Of a stretch of 64,000 bases of DNA, positions 13,648-24,272 are shown piece after piece. Source of the DNA: Lingula anatina (lineage: Eukaryota; Animalia; Brachiopoda). The notes below the pieces were generated by a model that worked only from the letters and a program-made list of their open reading frames with translations, was not told the origin of the DNA and did no database searches. The stretch covers positions 19,530,001 through 19,594,000 of the forward strand of contig CM120641.1 in assembly GCA_051362555.1 (NCBI GenBank), in the 5' to 3' direction. The translations under genes were made by a program, and so were the position numbers. Positions within the stretch are counted from its first letter, which is position 1, and the number at the start of each line of letters is the position of its first letter.

Positions 13648-14851
13648 TTATTTTAGATCGATGATGGCTCCCATAGTCTCTCCCAAGGCTTCTTTCTCAG
13701 CCTCTGACATCTCACGAACTTCTAATTTTCCATCCCTGACATTAGCACCAGGGGCATATTTATTGATAGCGCCTGGAATAGTAAAATTTAATGTGTTTCT
13801 CAATAGAATTTGTACGCAAAACCACTAAACTTTGATGTCTGGTACTTCTAAAAAGAACAAACAAAAAAGGAATCAAACGTAATAAAGGCAAAATAACATT
13901 TATCTAGCACTTTGTACCTTATATTGGCGTAATTTTGGAAAATATCACGATTGATTTAAGGTGTAGAAATTATTATTATTAATCAAATTACTTATTATAC
14001 TTATTTGTTCTTTAAAAACTCACCTTGAACAAACTTATTTGGCGAAGCTTTTGCTGAAATCTTTCTCTTCAAACAGCAGCAGCAGGCAATGATCAACACT
14101 ACGAATGCCAGCGGAATCGCGGTGGAAATCGTTGGTATCACCACCTCTTGTACCATATCCTTAGTCTTGGCGCGCATTTCAATTTCTTCGACAACCTGTA
14201 CCAAGTGAAGAATTTCGACACCATCATACCACATAATCTGCTCACAATCACTTTCTTTTGAGCATTTTGTGCAGTCCAAATTGAGATATTCATTGGTATG
14301 AAGTTCAAAGTAAAAGTCAAGTAATTGCTATATTTGGCGTGGCTAACTTTAGCCAGTCAAATTATTACAAGGGAGCCAAGGACTAATTCGTTACCAATAT
14401 ACATTATGATCACGAAGTCCATTACATCTCGTTTTTTACTGTAGGGGCGAGGTGTTAAATTTACCAAATTACGAATTACATATCTTGTCAACAAAACAAA
14501 CAAGTATCTAACACCCTTTTAAAACACAGAGATACAGCGCTTACAAACAGTAAATTTCCTTACAAACCGCAAGATGTCCGTCTTACATTGTAATCGGGAA
14601 CATTAGGTTTGTTCCCTTGCTTGTCCTGTTTTGGAGTGGTCCAGTCTACCTTCCAGCTTTCATCATCAACGACCCATCCCCCTGATGCACGCTTACGTCT
14701 GCTATTTGTTTTGTGCACGAAGTCTGACTGACTGGCATCAACCTCTCTTTTAAGAATAATGTGGTCTTGGTTTTCAATATCTAAACAAATGATAACATAT
14801 CATTTGCATATTTTATTTTTCTTAATTTTCACCCCCTTCTCTCTCTCTCTC

Positions 14852-14907
<56 letters not shown>

Positions 14908-15357
14908 GCATCAAAAAAGAAAATGTACGAACATTCTTCATAATGCAGATCTTATTTGTTTTGTACATAAACAGTAAGATTTACCTGTATATGAATAAAT
15001 CAAAAATTATACAAGACCCATACAACTTTATATGACGAATGCAGTTAGATAAGTAGCATAACACAAAAATAAAATGCCATTATTATTTTAATGAGAGAAA
15101 TTTTACAAAACGGCTACCAACCTTGAACAGCAAAATTCTCCTCGTGATGAATTTCTATCGAAATTTTTGCACCATAGGTTAAACCTGCAACTCAAAGCAG
15201 GAATGTGTGCGATATATTTAATGTCATTAATAAACTCCAAAGGCAATCAATGAATGAATGGTGTAATATTTATCATTTCATTGCCAGTTTTTGATATTTA
15301 AAACTCACCTGAGAAACCGAGAAAAGCAATGAAAAAGATTATTGCTTTCAACTTCAT
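13648..15357 (-). CDS. Uncharacterised 244-aa type-I membrane pro-protein (signal peptide, KR and RRKR sites, TM, CCCC, cytoplasmic tail)
   Basis: Five phase-consistent GT-AG exons 15357-15309, 15184-15122, 14780-14587, 14327-14024, 13772-13648 give 735 nt open: MKLKAIIFFIAFLGFSGLTYG...ILKREVD...NSRRKRASGGWVVDDESW...LDCTKCSKESDCEQIMWY...IPLAFVVLIIACCCCLKRK...AIIDLK*. The exon-4 acceptor is the weakest site. Confidence 0.72.
14838..14908. repeat. Compound (CT)n(CA)n microsatellite
   Basis: Directly visible in intron 2 of the orphan gene. Confidence 0.9.
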
Positions 15358-15407
15358 TTTTGTTTTGTTACCATGGACTTGAATCATCAGTGTTGTTGAT
15401 GTCATTA

Positions 15408-15713
15408 CGTCATAAAATATCATTGTTTACCTTGTCATGTCGTCAAATCCGATTGTTTACATCATCACGTCATAACTAAAACTGATAACGTCATGTCAAT
15501 GTTAAAGAAATGACGTCATAAAGTAGCACTGTTTAATGCGTCATAGTGCTAACGCAATACGTCACAGAATAATTGTCACCATCATCACGTCATAAATCAA
15601 TTGATTAACTCAAGTAAATAACCTCATGCCATCATAATATGTAAAAAAAGTTAGCAAGTATTAAAGGCTATTAGGGCATCGAATCACGTCACAGAGAGTA
15701 ATTGTTTGCGTCA
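15408..15713. promoter_or_regulatory. Cluster of 10 co-oriented CRE half-sites (CGTCA) including one full TGACGTCA
   Basis: CGTCA at 15408, 15441, 15468, 15489, 15514 (full CRE 15511-15518), 15539, 15560, 15588, 15687, 15709. Starts 50 bp upstream of the orphan ATG. Confidence 0.5.
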
Positions 15714-16551
15714 TCACATCCTTCAATGTAAATGTTTTAACATTTACATTAAAACGTTTGAGCGATTTCAATTTCGAGACTGTGCCGAAAAGTCTAAAAG
15801 CGGCTCTCGGCGACTTCTACTTTATACAAAAGTAGTCACTAAGTAATGGAAATTGCTGAAACAAAGAAGCCCGTGTCTCATAAGGCGCGTCGAAATACTG
15901 TGATAAATAGCAAACATCTGGAAAATAATAAAACTCTGTTCATTAGCTTGTTTTAGCGATGTTGTTTACAAGTTGCAGTAAAATATGACCCCAAATCGTG
16001 TAAAATTTTAAAGTATGACGGGCTGGATCCAGTAATCGTAGCAACAAAACTGTCTCCGTGCCAAAAGTATGATTTTAATAAGAATAAGATATTTGCTCTT
16101 ATTATGTATCAGTATTGCAAAAGTATGCACTTTCAATGTTGCTGAATTATGCCTAGATTCTATGTAAATTTGTGTACACTGTCAACCACTATGCGTATGA
16201 ATAATAAAGTAGTACTCAGCGCTTTTTTCAGACCCTTTAACATAGCTTCACGTCTTGGTTATTCAATTATCAAGGTCATCCCGTCTTATGGCGGCATTCT
16301 GCTAAATATATCAGGTAATATTACCATATAACAGGTACTGACAAGTGAAAATTTGGGTCATGCCCTACTTTTTCATGTAAACAAAAAATGTTCACAAAAT
16401 ATGTATATCGTTTCACAAAACTTTCGTACTGTGCACCAGTGCCACTTAATTTTGCTTCGTTGGATGGATGCAATGTAGATATTTATATTCGAGAACGGCA
16501 TAAATACGCAAGTTTCAACACCATAGGTAAGATAAAGTAAGATTACACTTC

Positions 16552-17892
16552 ATGGGGTACTGGCTTACTGTTACCTGGATTCTGTTCCTGCATTTTCTTT
16601 ATGAACTGTTCAGACGATGTTTTAGCGTTGTGCAAGGGGGCGTTTGGGCCATTTCTGGTGTAAGGGCACATAAACGGCGAGTGAAAAATGGAGAATGTTA
16701 TGATCTTTCAGCACACCGTATGACGATTCTATGGCGCCACCAGATGTTTTACCACTGGTTGTCCATACCAGAGAATTTTGTTGGTCTCCATGAAGGTTTT
16801 ACCCATCCTGAGGTCATTCTCAAAGACAATGTTTCATTGTATTGTTTAACGGCAACAACAGCGGTATTTGTTGAAACCCCGGAAGACGTCGATATATATG
16901 ACCCAGATACAGACCCCTTCTTGTATCATGCTCAGCTGAAATATGCTAAAAGAATAATTGTAATGCCAATATTATCCATGGTACGAGTTGCTGAGAAAAT
17001 AGGAGATCTCAAGTATAAAGTGATGTTTCTGACGAATATTGGTCGCTGTGGATCCACTTTTTTAGGCCAAATATTGCAGGCCGTTCCTGGTCTCATTACT
17101 TTTGCTGAACCGGACACATTAACCAACCTTGTTTATTTAAAACCAAAGATATCTGAAGAATTGTATGATAAAATTTTAGTTGCCATGATACGCGTATTAT
17201 GCAAGCCAATGCAAAGAAAAGTATCCATGATTGCTATCAAACCACGTAACTGCGCCGTCGAGCATGTTTACAAGATTTTTAAATATTTCCCGGACATTTC
17301 TCACATGTTCCTGTATAGACAAGGATTGGACACGATAAAATCATATGTACGTTGCTTCTGTGGACCGTCTCTTCCTCGGTTTTTGTATACGGTTCAATTG
17401 AACACGGTACTACGCTTCCTCTTCCCAGCTTTTGCCAAGTGGCACCCCAGTCACCATGTTTATTCTGGAGACCAGAAATACCGGTGGGCAAATGAAGAAA
17501 AGTTCTGGTCGTCTGTAACTCCATTCGGCCTCTACTGCGTATTCTGGATTGAGCATTGTTCCAATTATGTGTCTCATGTTGAAAGGGGAGTGCCCATAGT
17601 TGCTCTTTGCTATGAAGATTTAATTTCTAATTTTGATGCTGCATGTGACGCAATGGCCGAATATTTGGACTTACCAAGATACTTAAAAGTTCTTAGTGCT
17701 GGGGCTCTATGCGTCGATTCTCAGAGAGGGTCGCCTTTAAGTCGAGCATCTGTTAAAAGTAAGGTACAACAAGGATTACAGTGGGACAAGGTTACTGATG
17801 AAGCACGGCACGATATTGATTTTGTTTCTGACAAATTAAGTTGGCCCCGGGTTTGGGAAAAGCGCTATCTTCCCAATACCTTGCTTCATTGA
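16552..17892 (+). CDS. Intronless PAPS-dependent sulfotransferase-fold protein, copy 1 (446 aa)
   Basis: Single 1341-nt ORF. 5'PSB-like NIGRCGSTFLGQIL, EPD, 3'PB-like LYRQGLDTIKSY, YEDL, DSQRGS. Hydrophobic N-terminus. Confidence 0.85.
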   Translation: MGYWLTVTWILFLHFLYELFRRCFSVVQGGVWAISGVRAHKRRVKNGECYDLSAHRMTILWRHQMFYHWLSIPENFVGLHEGFTHPEVILKDNVSLYCLTATTAVFVETPEDVDIYDPDTDPFLYHAQLKYAKRIIVMPILSMVRVAEKIGDLKYKVMFLTNIGRCGSTFLGQILQAVPGLITFAEPDTLTNLVYLKPKISEELYDKILVAMIRVLCKPMQRKVSMIAIKPRNCAVEHVYKIFKYFPDISHMFLYRQGLDTIKSYVRCFCGPSLPRFLYTVQLNTVLRFLFPAFAKWHPSHHVYSGDQKYRWANEEKFWSSVTPFGLYCVFWIEHCSNYVSHVERGVPIVALCYEDLISNFDAACDAMAEYLDLPRYLKVLSAGALCVDSQRGSPLSRASVKSKVQQGLQWDKVTDEARHDIDFVSDKLSWPRVWEKRYLPNTLLH

Positions 17893-20465
17893 CTGGATTC
17901 TATGCTTTTATATATACAAGACTGAAAGAGGTATCTAAGTCGAATGTAAAGTTAAATGTCAGAGAAGGAGAAAATATCACATATTTTAAAGATATGAATT
18001 ACTAGAATAGTAAGTAAACTTCACTTTAATGTTGAAACTATGACATTTTATGAGCTAGCAAATCATCTGAAATTCTCATCTCTGGCTGCAAATTTATAGT
18101 CCAGACAATCTATGGTTTGATTGGAAAATAATTGCCACATTTTTTACTTTACTTAGGGTATTGTAAGGAAATCTAAGATGGCCACCATTCCTTAAGAATA
18201 CTTGTGCATGGGTTTCAGTTTAACTGCCAGCAAGACATTATTATATGTAATAAACTTTAGTGTGTTTCTCAGTGTTTATCATATTTCTATTTCCCCTATG
18301 ATACTATGATATACATCTGCTATGTAACAAGTGTATATCTTTGAGCATTTTGAGAAAAAAAAGATGGCACCCATGTGCTTTAGAAATACTAGTAGAAATA
18401 CTAGTTTGTGGGGATTTACTTGTTTTCCCAATGCAAATGGCAGTCGCCTCGCGGTTTTCTCATAAAACCCAAGTGAATTCACTTGGTGTACAACAAATTT
18501 TTGTCATAGGGATATTAAGGAAGTGAGAAAACACTATCAAACAAAACTAATTTGATAATGAACACATATCTCCCTAGCAGTAATTGAAACTCAATGTACT
18601 AGTATTCCTAAGGTTAATGACATCCATCTTGGATTTTGTTAAAATGAACACTTGTTTAATGTTATCCAGCAGATAAACAGACAGAAGAAATAAGGTAACT
18701 GAAACCCTCTGGAAAATGGCAGACATCTAGATTTTTCTCAAATACCACAGGATACACACTTGTTATTAACCAAGTATGTATCACAGGGTTAATAATGTTG
18801 TGGCAAAGATTGAGGAACAAACTGAATTTAATTGAAATTTTATAATGAACCATATGTTTTTCAGGTAGGCTAGTAATTGAAACTCGAGAACCAGTATTCG
18901 TATGGCAATTGGCGGCCATCTTCTCAAAATCCTCAATGGATACACACTTGTTAACCACTAGCAAACTATGAAAGAATTTATGAGGATGTCACAAACAATG
19001 TGAAACAAACCAAATTAATTATTTTTATTTTACAATGAACCCTATGGCAAATGACAGCTGTCTTGGATTTTCTCGCTATCCACCAAAGATATATCACAGA
19101 TATAAAAAGGATGTAAAAAAAATGAGGAAAAAAACTGAATTTTACTTTATTTTTATTGACCCCATGAGTTTCTCTGGCGGTGCACACATCTGGGGCTAGG
19201 CGTTGGGCTTATTAGACAGATCTTGGGTCCCTGATGGGCTTCATATGGACTGGCCTATTTCATGGGTCGCTACGTTTACACAATGTACACTGTCTGTTGT
19301 TGAGAATGCATATTTGAGCCTATTTGGACTAAATTGGACTGTATGGTATTCTAGATTGGTTGGATTAAAGGTTGCCTATTTTGTGGCCCTTTATCAGAAA
19401 AAAAACTTCATTAGCCCAGTTGGACCGTATGGATCCTAAATGGGACCTTTATTTTAGGCCAACTGGGCTTGCTCACATTGGACCCACATGGAGCTCATGG
19501 AGGGACCCACATCACAGCCATTATTGCATGTTGACTGGACTTATTCTCAATATAATGGTCCATTTAACTTTTTTTTTAAAGTATGCAGAAGTTTTTTTGT
19601 TCAAGTGGAACTTAAGGAACATCAATCTAGCAACCAAAATAAAAATAAAAATAAAAATAAGTACTAGATTTATCTGTTCTCACACAAAAACATGAACGGA
19701 CTTGATTTTTAACCTTCATTCCTGTCACTAGTGGCACCGTCTCACTTTCTCCAATGGATCTAGATAATTTTTACCAAAGTATTGGAAGCGAGTAGGGTGT
19801 CTAACGTCTCAAAAAATGTCCTGAATGTTTATTTAAAATAACTCATAAAAAGCTTGTGGCTACTTTCATGGTGTCGCCGGATTTTTAAAAAATGAAAAAC
19901 CTTCGTTACCCTTTTGGCGCACGTCACTATTTTTAGTTGTTTGATTTTTAAAATATTTTATCCATTAATAAAATCTTCAATTTAGATTCACCCATTATTA
20001 CATGTAGCAAGAGAATATACAGGACGCAGTCAAATGTTTAAGAGGAAACATTTTCATAGAAAGTAATTTGCAAAACCTTCGTTAACAGGCATTGTGGAAA
20101 AATATACTTCAGGTTAAACACAAAATGCGTCAGTAAAATAAACGTGCATTTCGTAGGCCTACATCTTATACTCCTTTAGTGCAGTCTAATTTTTATTATT
20201 ATTAATAACATGGGGATATTATCCCCAAAAAGGTTGTTATTTTTAAAACTTCCGATACCAAAACAGGCTTAATCTACTTTACTTCATACCCGTACTAGGC
20301 ATGAATTTTATTTTTTTCAATGGTTTACTTAAAAAAAGCCACTTTCTTTCTGTCGCTTGTATCACTTTCTTTCTGTCAACAGAGATTTAAAAAAAAAGTA
20401 AAATTTGCGACTATATCTTTTACGTCATTTATCACTTTTTTTTTCAAATGGACCTATATGTTGAG

Positions 20466-20657
20466 AATCATCATCAGTCATCAAGAACGGTTGGGTTGGC
20501 GCCGAACCGCCGTGCCTCCCTCGCAAAAACTCTCCACTGGTCACGGTTCTGTGCCATTCTGTCCGCTTGACGCATTGACCCACAGAGATCCGTCAGATCA
20601 TCAACGCTGTATCGCGTTTAAGGTCTACCACGTCCTCGAGGTCCGTATACTGCCCCC
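20466..20657 (-). mobile_element. 5'-truncated RTE-clade LINE 3' fragment
   Basis: Minus strand reads GPRGRGRP*TRYSVDDLTDLCGSMRQADRMAQNRDQWR, the RTE C-terminal GxRxRGRP...AxxRxxWR signature, then a (TGA)n tail. Confidence 0.7.
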
Positions 20658-21025
20658 AAAAGTAATGATTTTTTTCATTTGCTGGTCTCTCAGAATGTTG
20701 GGAATGAACGAGGGTAATTGAAACCCATGAATCGGTATTGATATAGCAAATGTGTGCAATCTTGTATTTTCCCAAAATACTCTAGCATACTACTTGTAAC
20801 CCCTTCATACCAAAACGCCTACAATTCAAGAAATAAACAATTTTATACGCATTTTGTGGTATGAATCCTGTCTTGGCAAACATATTAAAGATCACATTCT
20901 GATGCTAATTATACAAAAATAAGGTGGCATTTGCCGGTGTCTTTACAATTTAAATGACATTTTACCTCTATTGAATTTAATTTGGAACATAAATTTGGAA
21001 CATCAGATAAGTTTGGGTCGATAAA

Positions 21026-21193
21026 CAGGGGCGGTTTAAGGCCGTCTTTTGGGTCTTCCGGAAGACGGTCAGATTTTCAAGTTTACATTGACGGGTCTCT
21101 AAATTTTTCGGTCGGAAGACGGTCAAAAGTGGAGGGTGGATCAATAAAGATAACTTGGAAGACTGTCAGAAAATATCTCTGGATCCGCCCCTG
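21026..21193. mobile_element. MITE with CAGGGGCGG termini and 5-bp ATAAA flanking duplication
   Basis: CAGGGGCGG...CCGCCCCTG, with ATAAA on both sides (21021-21025, 21194-21198). Confidence 0.7.
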
Positions 21194-21294
21194 ATAAATG
21201 AGAAAATGTGGATATCAACACCTTTTTTCCTGTACAGATACATATTAAACTGGAGGCATTAAAATCTTTTTTATCAACAGTGAATGTCGGTTTT

Positions 21295-21693
21295 GAATTG
21301 CTGAATTAATTATTTCACAGAGAACGTTTTCCTACCGTCAAATTGTCGGCTCTACTCAAGAGCCTTCCTCAGAACAAACTGGTCGTGCGCTGGTGATCAA
21401 ACGCTGAGATGTTTTCATTAACCAGTTATCCTATGAATGTCCCCTACGGGCCCCCAGGCCCAAGAGGTCATCATAGATGTGGGCCAGCTGGTAGCGTCCC
21501 TCGTCCCTATTGAAGTTCTTTAAAGTTCTTATATGTATGGCCTCCTTGACACCTCTGGCGAAGTCTTCGCTTTCCTTGTCTATTATTCTGCGCTGTCCTA
21601 ATCATTGATGGACGAGGGGCGCTACCAGCTGGCCCACATCTATGATGATCTCTTGGAAAAACTTTGTCTGTGTAATAATTAATTCAGCAATTC
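21295..21693. mobile_element. Foldback palindrome (~85-bp arms) with a ~127-bp insertion in the left arm
   Basis: 21295-21332 pairs with 21655-21693, and 21460-21506 pairs with 21610-21656. The right arm is contiguous; the left arm is interrupted at 21333-21459. Confidence 0.7.
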
Positions 21694-22931
21694 ATGTATA
21701 TATACCAGACTGTTGAACTTTTTTTAAGGAAAGTCAGTTTTGTTGATATATTGTTTGTATAACTGTAATATAACTTACTTTTATACAGTGTTTAAACCTT
21801 TGTCAGTATGGTATGGGCGTGCCACAGAGGAGGGTATTAATGAATTAGATGGACCTACTGATACATTCAGAAGAATAGTGGGGCTGAATCTTTCCTCTCT
21901 TAGAAGCATTTATGCCATTATACAAAAGTGGTTTTCAAAACCGAAAAGGTTGTGAACGATACTGCTCTCCCCGCAAATGAACTTATTTAATTTCTTCCAA
22001 GCAAACTTTTAACTCTTATAGGAAACAAATAATCATACTACACTCTGGTATTCTGTTTGAGCAAGGAGCTAAAAATATGATTCCATTAATTAATCTGCAA
22101 GATAACATTCGTTTGCCTTTTTGTGAAATGAGAAAGACTTCGACAGCTCCTCTCTCTCTCTCCCTCTCTCCCACACACACACACACACAATCACACGTAA
22201 TCAGTCTAGTCGAAAGAAAGCCACACATAACGCTCACCTGAAGGTCTGCCGTCGTAGAAGAGGCCTAAACATAAAAAAGCGGCTCCAGGCGACGTCGACC
22301 TGAGACAACGTATAAGGTAAAATATTTAGGGCTACCACATCACGTCATGATGTGTATTAGCCCGTCCAGGATGTCTATTATTTCTCTAAGCAACCTGTGG
22401 CTACGAAGCATATTTCTAGTTAATTATGAAAATTCTGGCGCATGCCTATAACTTCCATTGAATGGTCGAGCTTGTTAAAAAATAGAGTGGGTATAAACTA
22501 AAAGAAGAATCCGTGCTCTAGTGGGTAATAGGTGAAATTGTCGGAGGATGGGTGTAAGGTGACTGTCACAGTTAAGGTCACGAACAGGGATATTTTGGAT
22601 GCGCTGTAGACATTTGAATTTTTCGCCGATTTTCATCAAGAACACCCATTGAGAAGAAATTTGCAGTGGTACAATCTAAATGTGACATGTGCCTGGGCTT
22701 GGGCTGGATTACAGATTTCAAATATTAAAAAAGGTTCTGGAAATTCAATCGAGCACTTGTTGCTGCGATGATGGCAATAGATTAATAATTAGAAATAAGC
22801 ACAATAATTCTGACCAATGGGAGCACACCAGTGATTTCAGCGTTGAGAATCTTTGCGGTCAATTGGACTCGAGAAGGGCATAAATACGCAAATTTCAGCA
22901 GCACAGGTAAGATAAAGTAAGCCTAGACATC

Positions 22932-24272
22932 ATGAGGTACTTGCTTACTGTCACTTGGATTCTGTTCCGGCATTTTCTCTATAAAATGTTCAGACGATGT
23001 TTTAGCGTTGTGCAAGGGGGCGTTTGGGCCATTTCTGGTGTAAGGGCACATAAACGGCGAGTGAAAAATGGAGAATGTTATGATCTTTCAGCACACCGTA
23101 TGACGATTCTGTGGCGCCACCAGATGTTTTACCACTGGTTGTCCATACCAGAGAATTTTGTTGGTCTCCATGAAGGTTTTACCCATCCTGAGGTCATTTT
23201 CAAAGACAATGTTTCATTGTATTGTTTAACGGCAACAACAGCGGTATTTGTTGAAACCCCGAAAGACGTCGATATATATGACCCAGATACAGACCCCTTT
23301 TTGTATCATGCTCAACTGAAAAATGCTAAGAGAATTATTGTGATGCCAATATCATCCATGGTACGAGTTGCTGAGAAAATAGGAGATCCCAAGTATAAAG
23401 TGATGTTTCTGACGAATACTGGTCGCTGTGGATCCACTCTTTTAGGCCAAATATTGCAGGCCGTACCTGGTCTCATTACTTTTGCTGAACCGGACACATT
23501 TACCAACCTTGTTTATTTAAAACCAAAGATATCTGAAGAATTGTATGATAAAATTTTAGTTGCCATGATACGCGTATTATGCAAGCCAATGCAAAGAAAA
23601 GTATCCATGATTGCTATCAAACCACGTAACTGCGCCGTCGAGCATGTTTACAAGATTTTTAAATATTTCCCGGACATTTCTCACATGTTCCTGTATAGAC
23701 AAGGATTGGACACGATAAAATCATATGTACGTTGCTTCTGTGGACCGTCTCTTCCTCGGTTTTTGTATACGGTTCAATTAAACACGGTACTACGCTTCCT
23801 CTTCCCAGCTTTTGCCAAGTGGCACCCCAGTCACCATGTTTATTCTGGAGACCAGAAATACCGGTGGGCAAATGAAGAAAAGTTCTGGTCGTCTGTAACT
23901 CCATTCGGCCTCTACTGCGTATTCTGGATTGAGCATTGTTCCAATTATGTGTCTCATGTTGAAAGGGGAGTGCCCATAGTTGCTCTTTGCTATGAAGATT
24001 TAATTTCTAATTTTGATGCTGCATGTGACGCAATGGCCGAATATTTGGACTTACCAAGATACTTAAAAGTTCTTAGTGCTGGGGCACTATGCGTCGATTC
24101 TCAGAGAGGGTCGCCTTTAAGTCGAGCATCAGTTAAAAGTCAGACACCACAAGGATTACAGTGGGACAAGGTTACTGATGAAGCACGGCACGATATTGAT
24201 TTTGTTTGTGACAAATTAAGTTGGCCCCGGGTTTGGGAAAAGCGCTATCTTCCCAATACCTTGCTTCATTGA
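22932..24272 (+). CDS. Intronless PAPS-dependent sulfotransferase-fold protein, copy 2 (446 aa)
   Basis: Same length as copy 1 with ~17 aa differences. Motif NTGRCGSTLLGQIL. Confidence 0.85.
   Translation: MRYLLTVTWILFRHFLYKMFRRCFSVVQGGVWAISGVRAHKRRVKNGECYDLSAHRMTILWRHQMFYHWLSIPENFVGLHEGFTHPEVIFKDNVSLYCLTATTAVFVETPKDVDIYDPDTDPFLYHAQLKNAKRIIVMPISSMVRVAEKIGDPKYKVMFLTNTGRCGSTLLGQILQAVPGLITFAEPDTFTNLVYLKPKISEELYDKILVAMIRVLCKPMQRKVSMIAIKPRNCAVEHVYKIFKYFPDISHMFLYRQGLDTIKSYVRCFCGPSLPRFLYTVQLNTVLRFLFPAFAKWHPSHHVYSGDQKYRWANEEKFWSSVTPFGLYCVFWIEHCSNYVSHVERGVPIVALCYEDLISNFDAACDAMAEYLDLPRYLKVLSAGALCVDSQRGSPLSRASVKSQTPQGLQWDKVTDEARHDIDFVCDKLSWPRVWEKRYLPNTLLH

Noticed and set aside
14328-14439. Upstream in-frame extension of orphan exon 4 (KTRCNG...SPWLPC) as stop-codon readthrough or recoding
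   Set aside because: There are five TAA/TAG stops in ~37 codons, and a phase-0 acceptor at 14327 gives a clean open frame, so this is intron.
18170-19550. Scattered AAGATGGC (YY1-like) motifs and TGGGCC-rich stretch
   Set aside because: Looks like decayed transposon or minisatellite relics. No definable termini and no supportable function.
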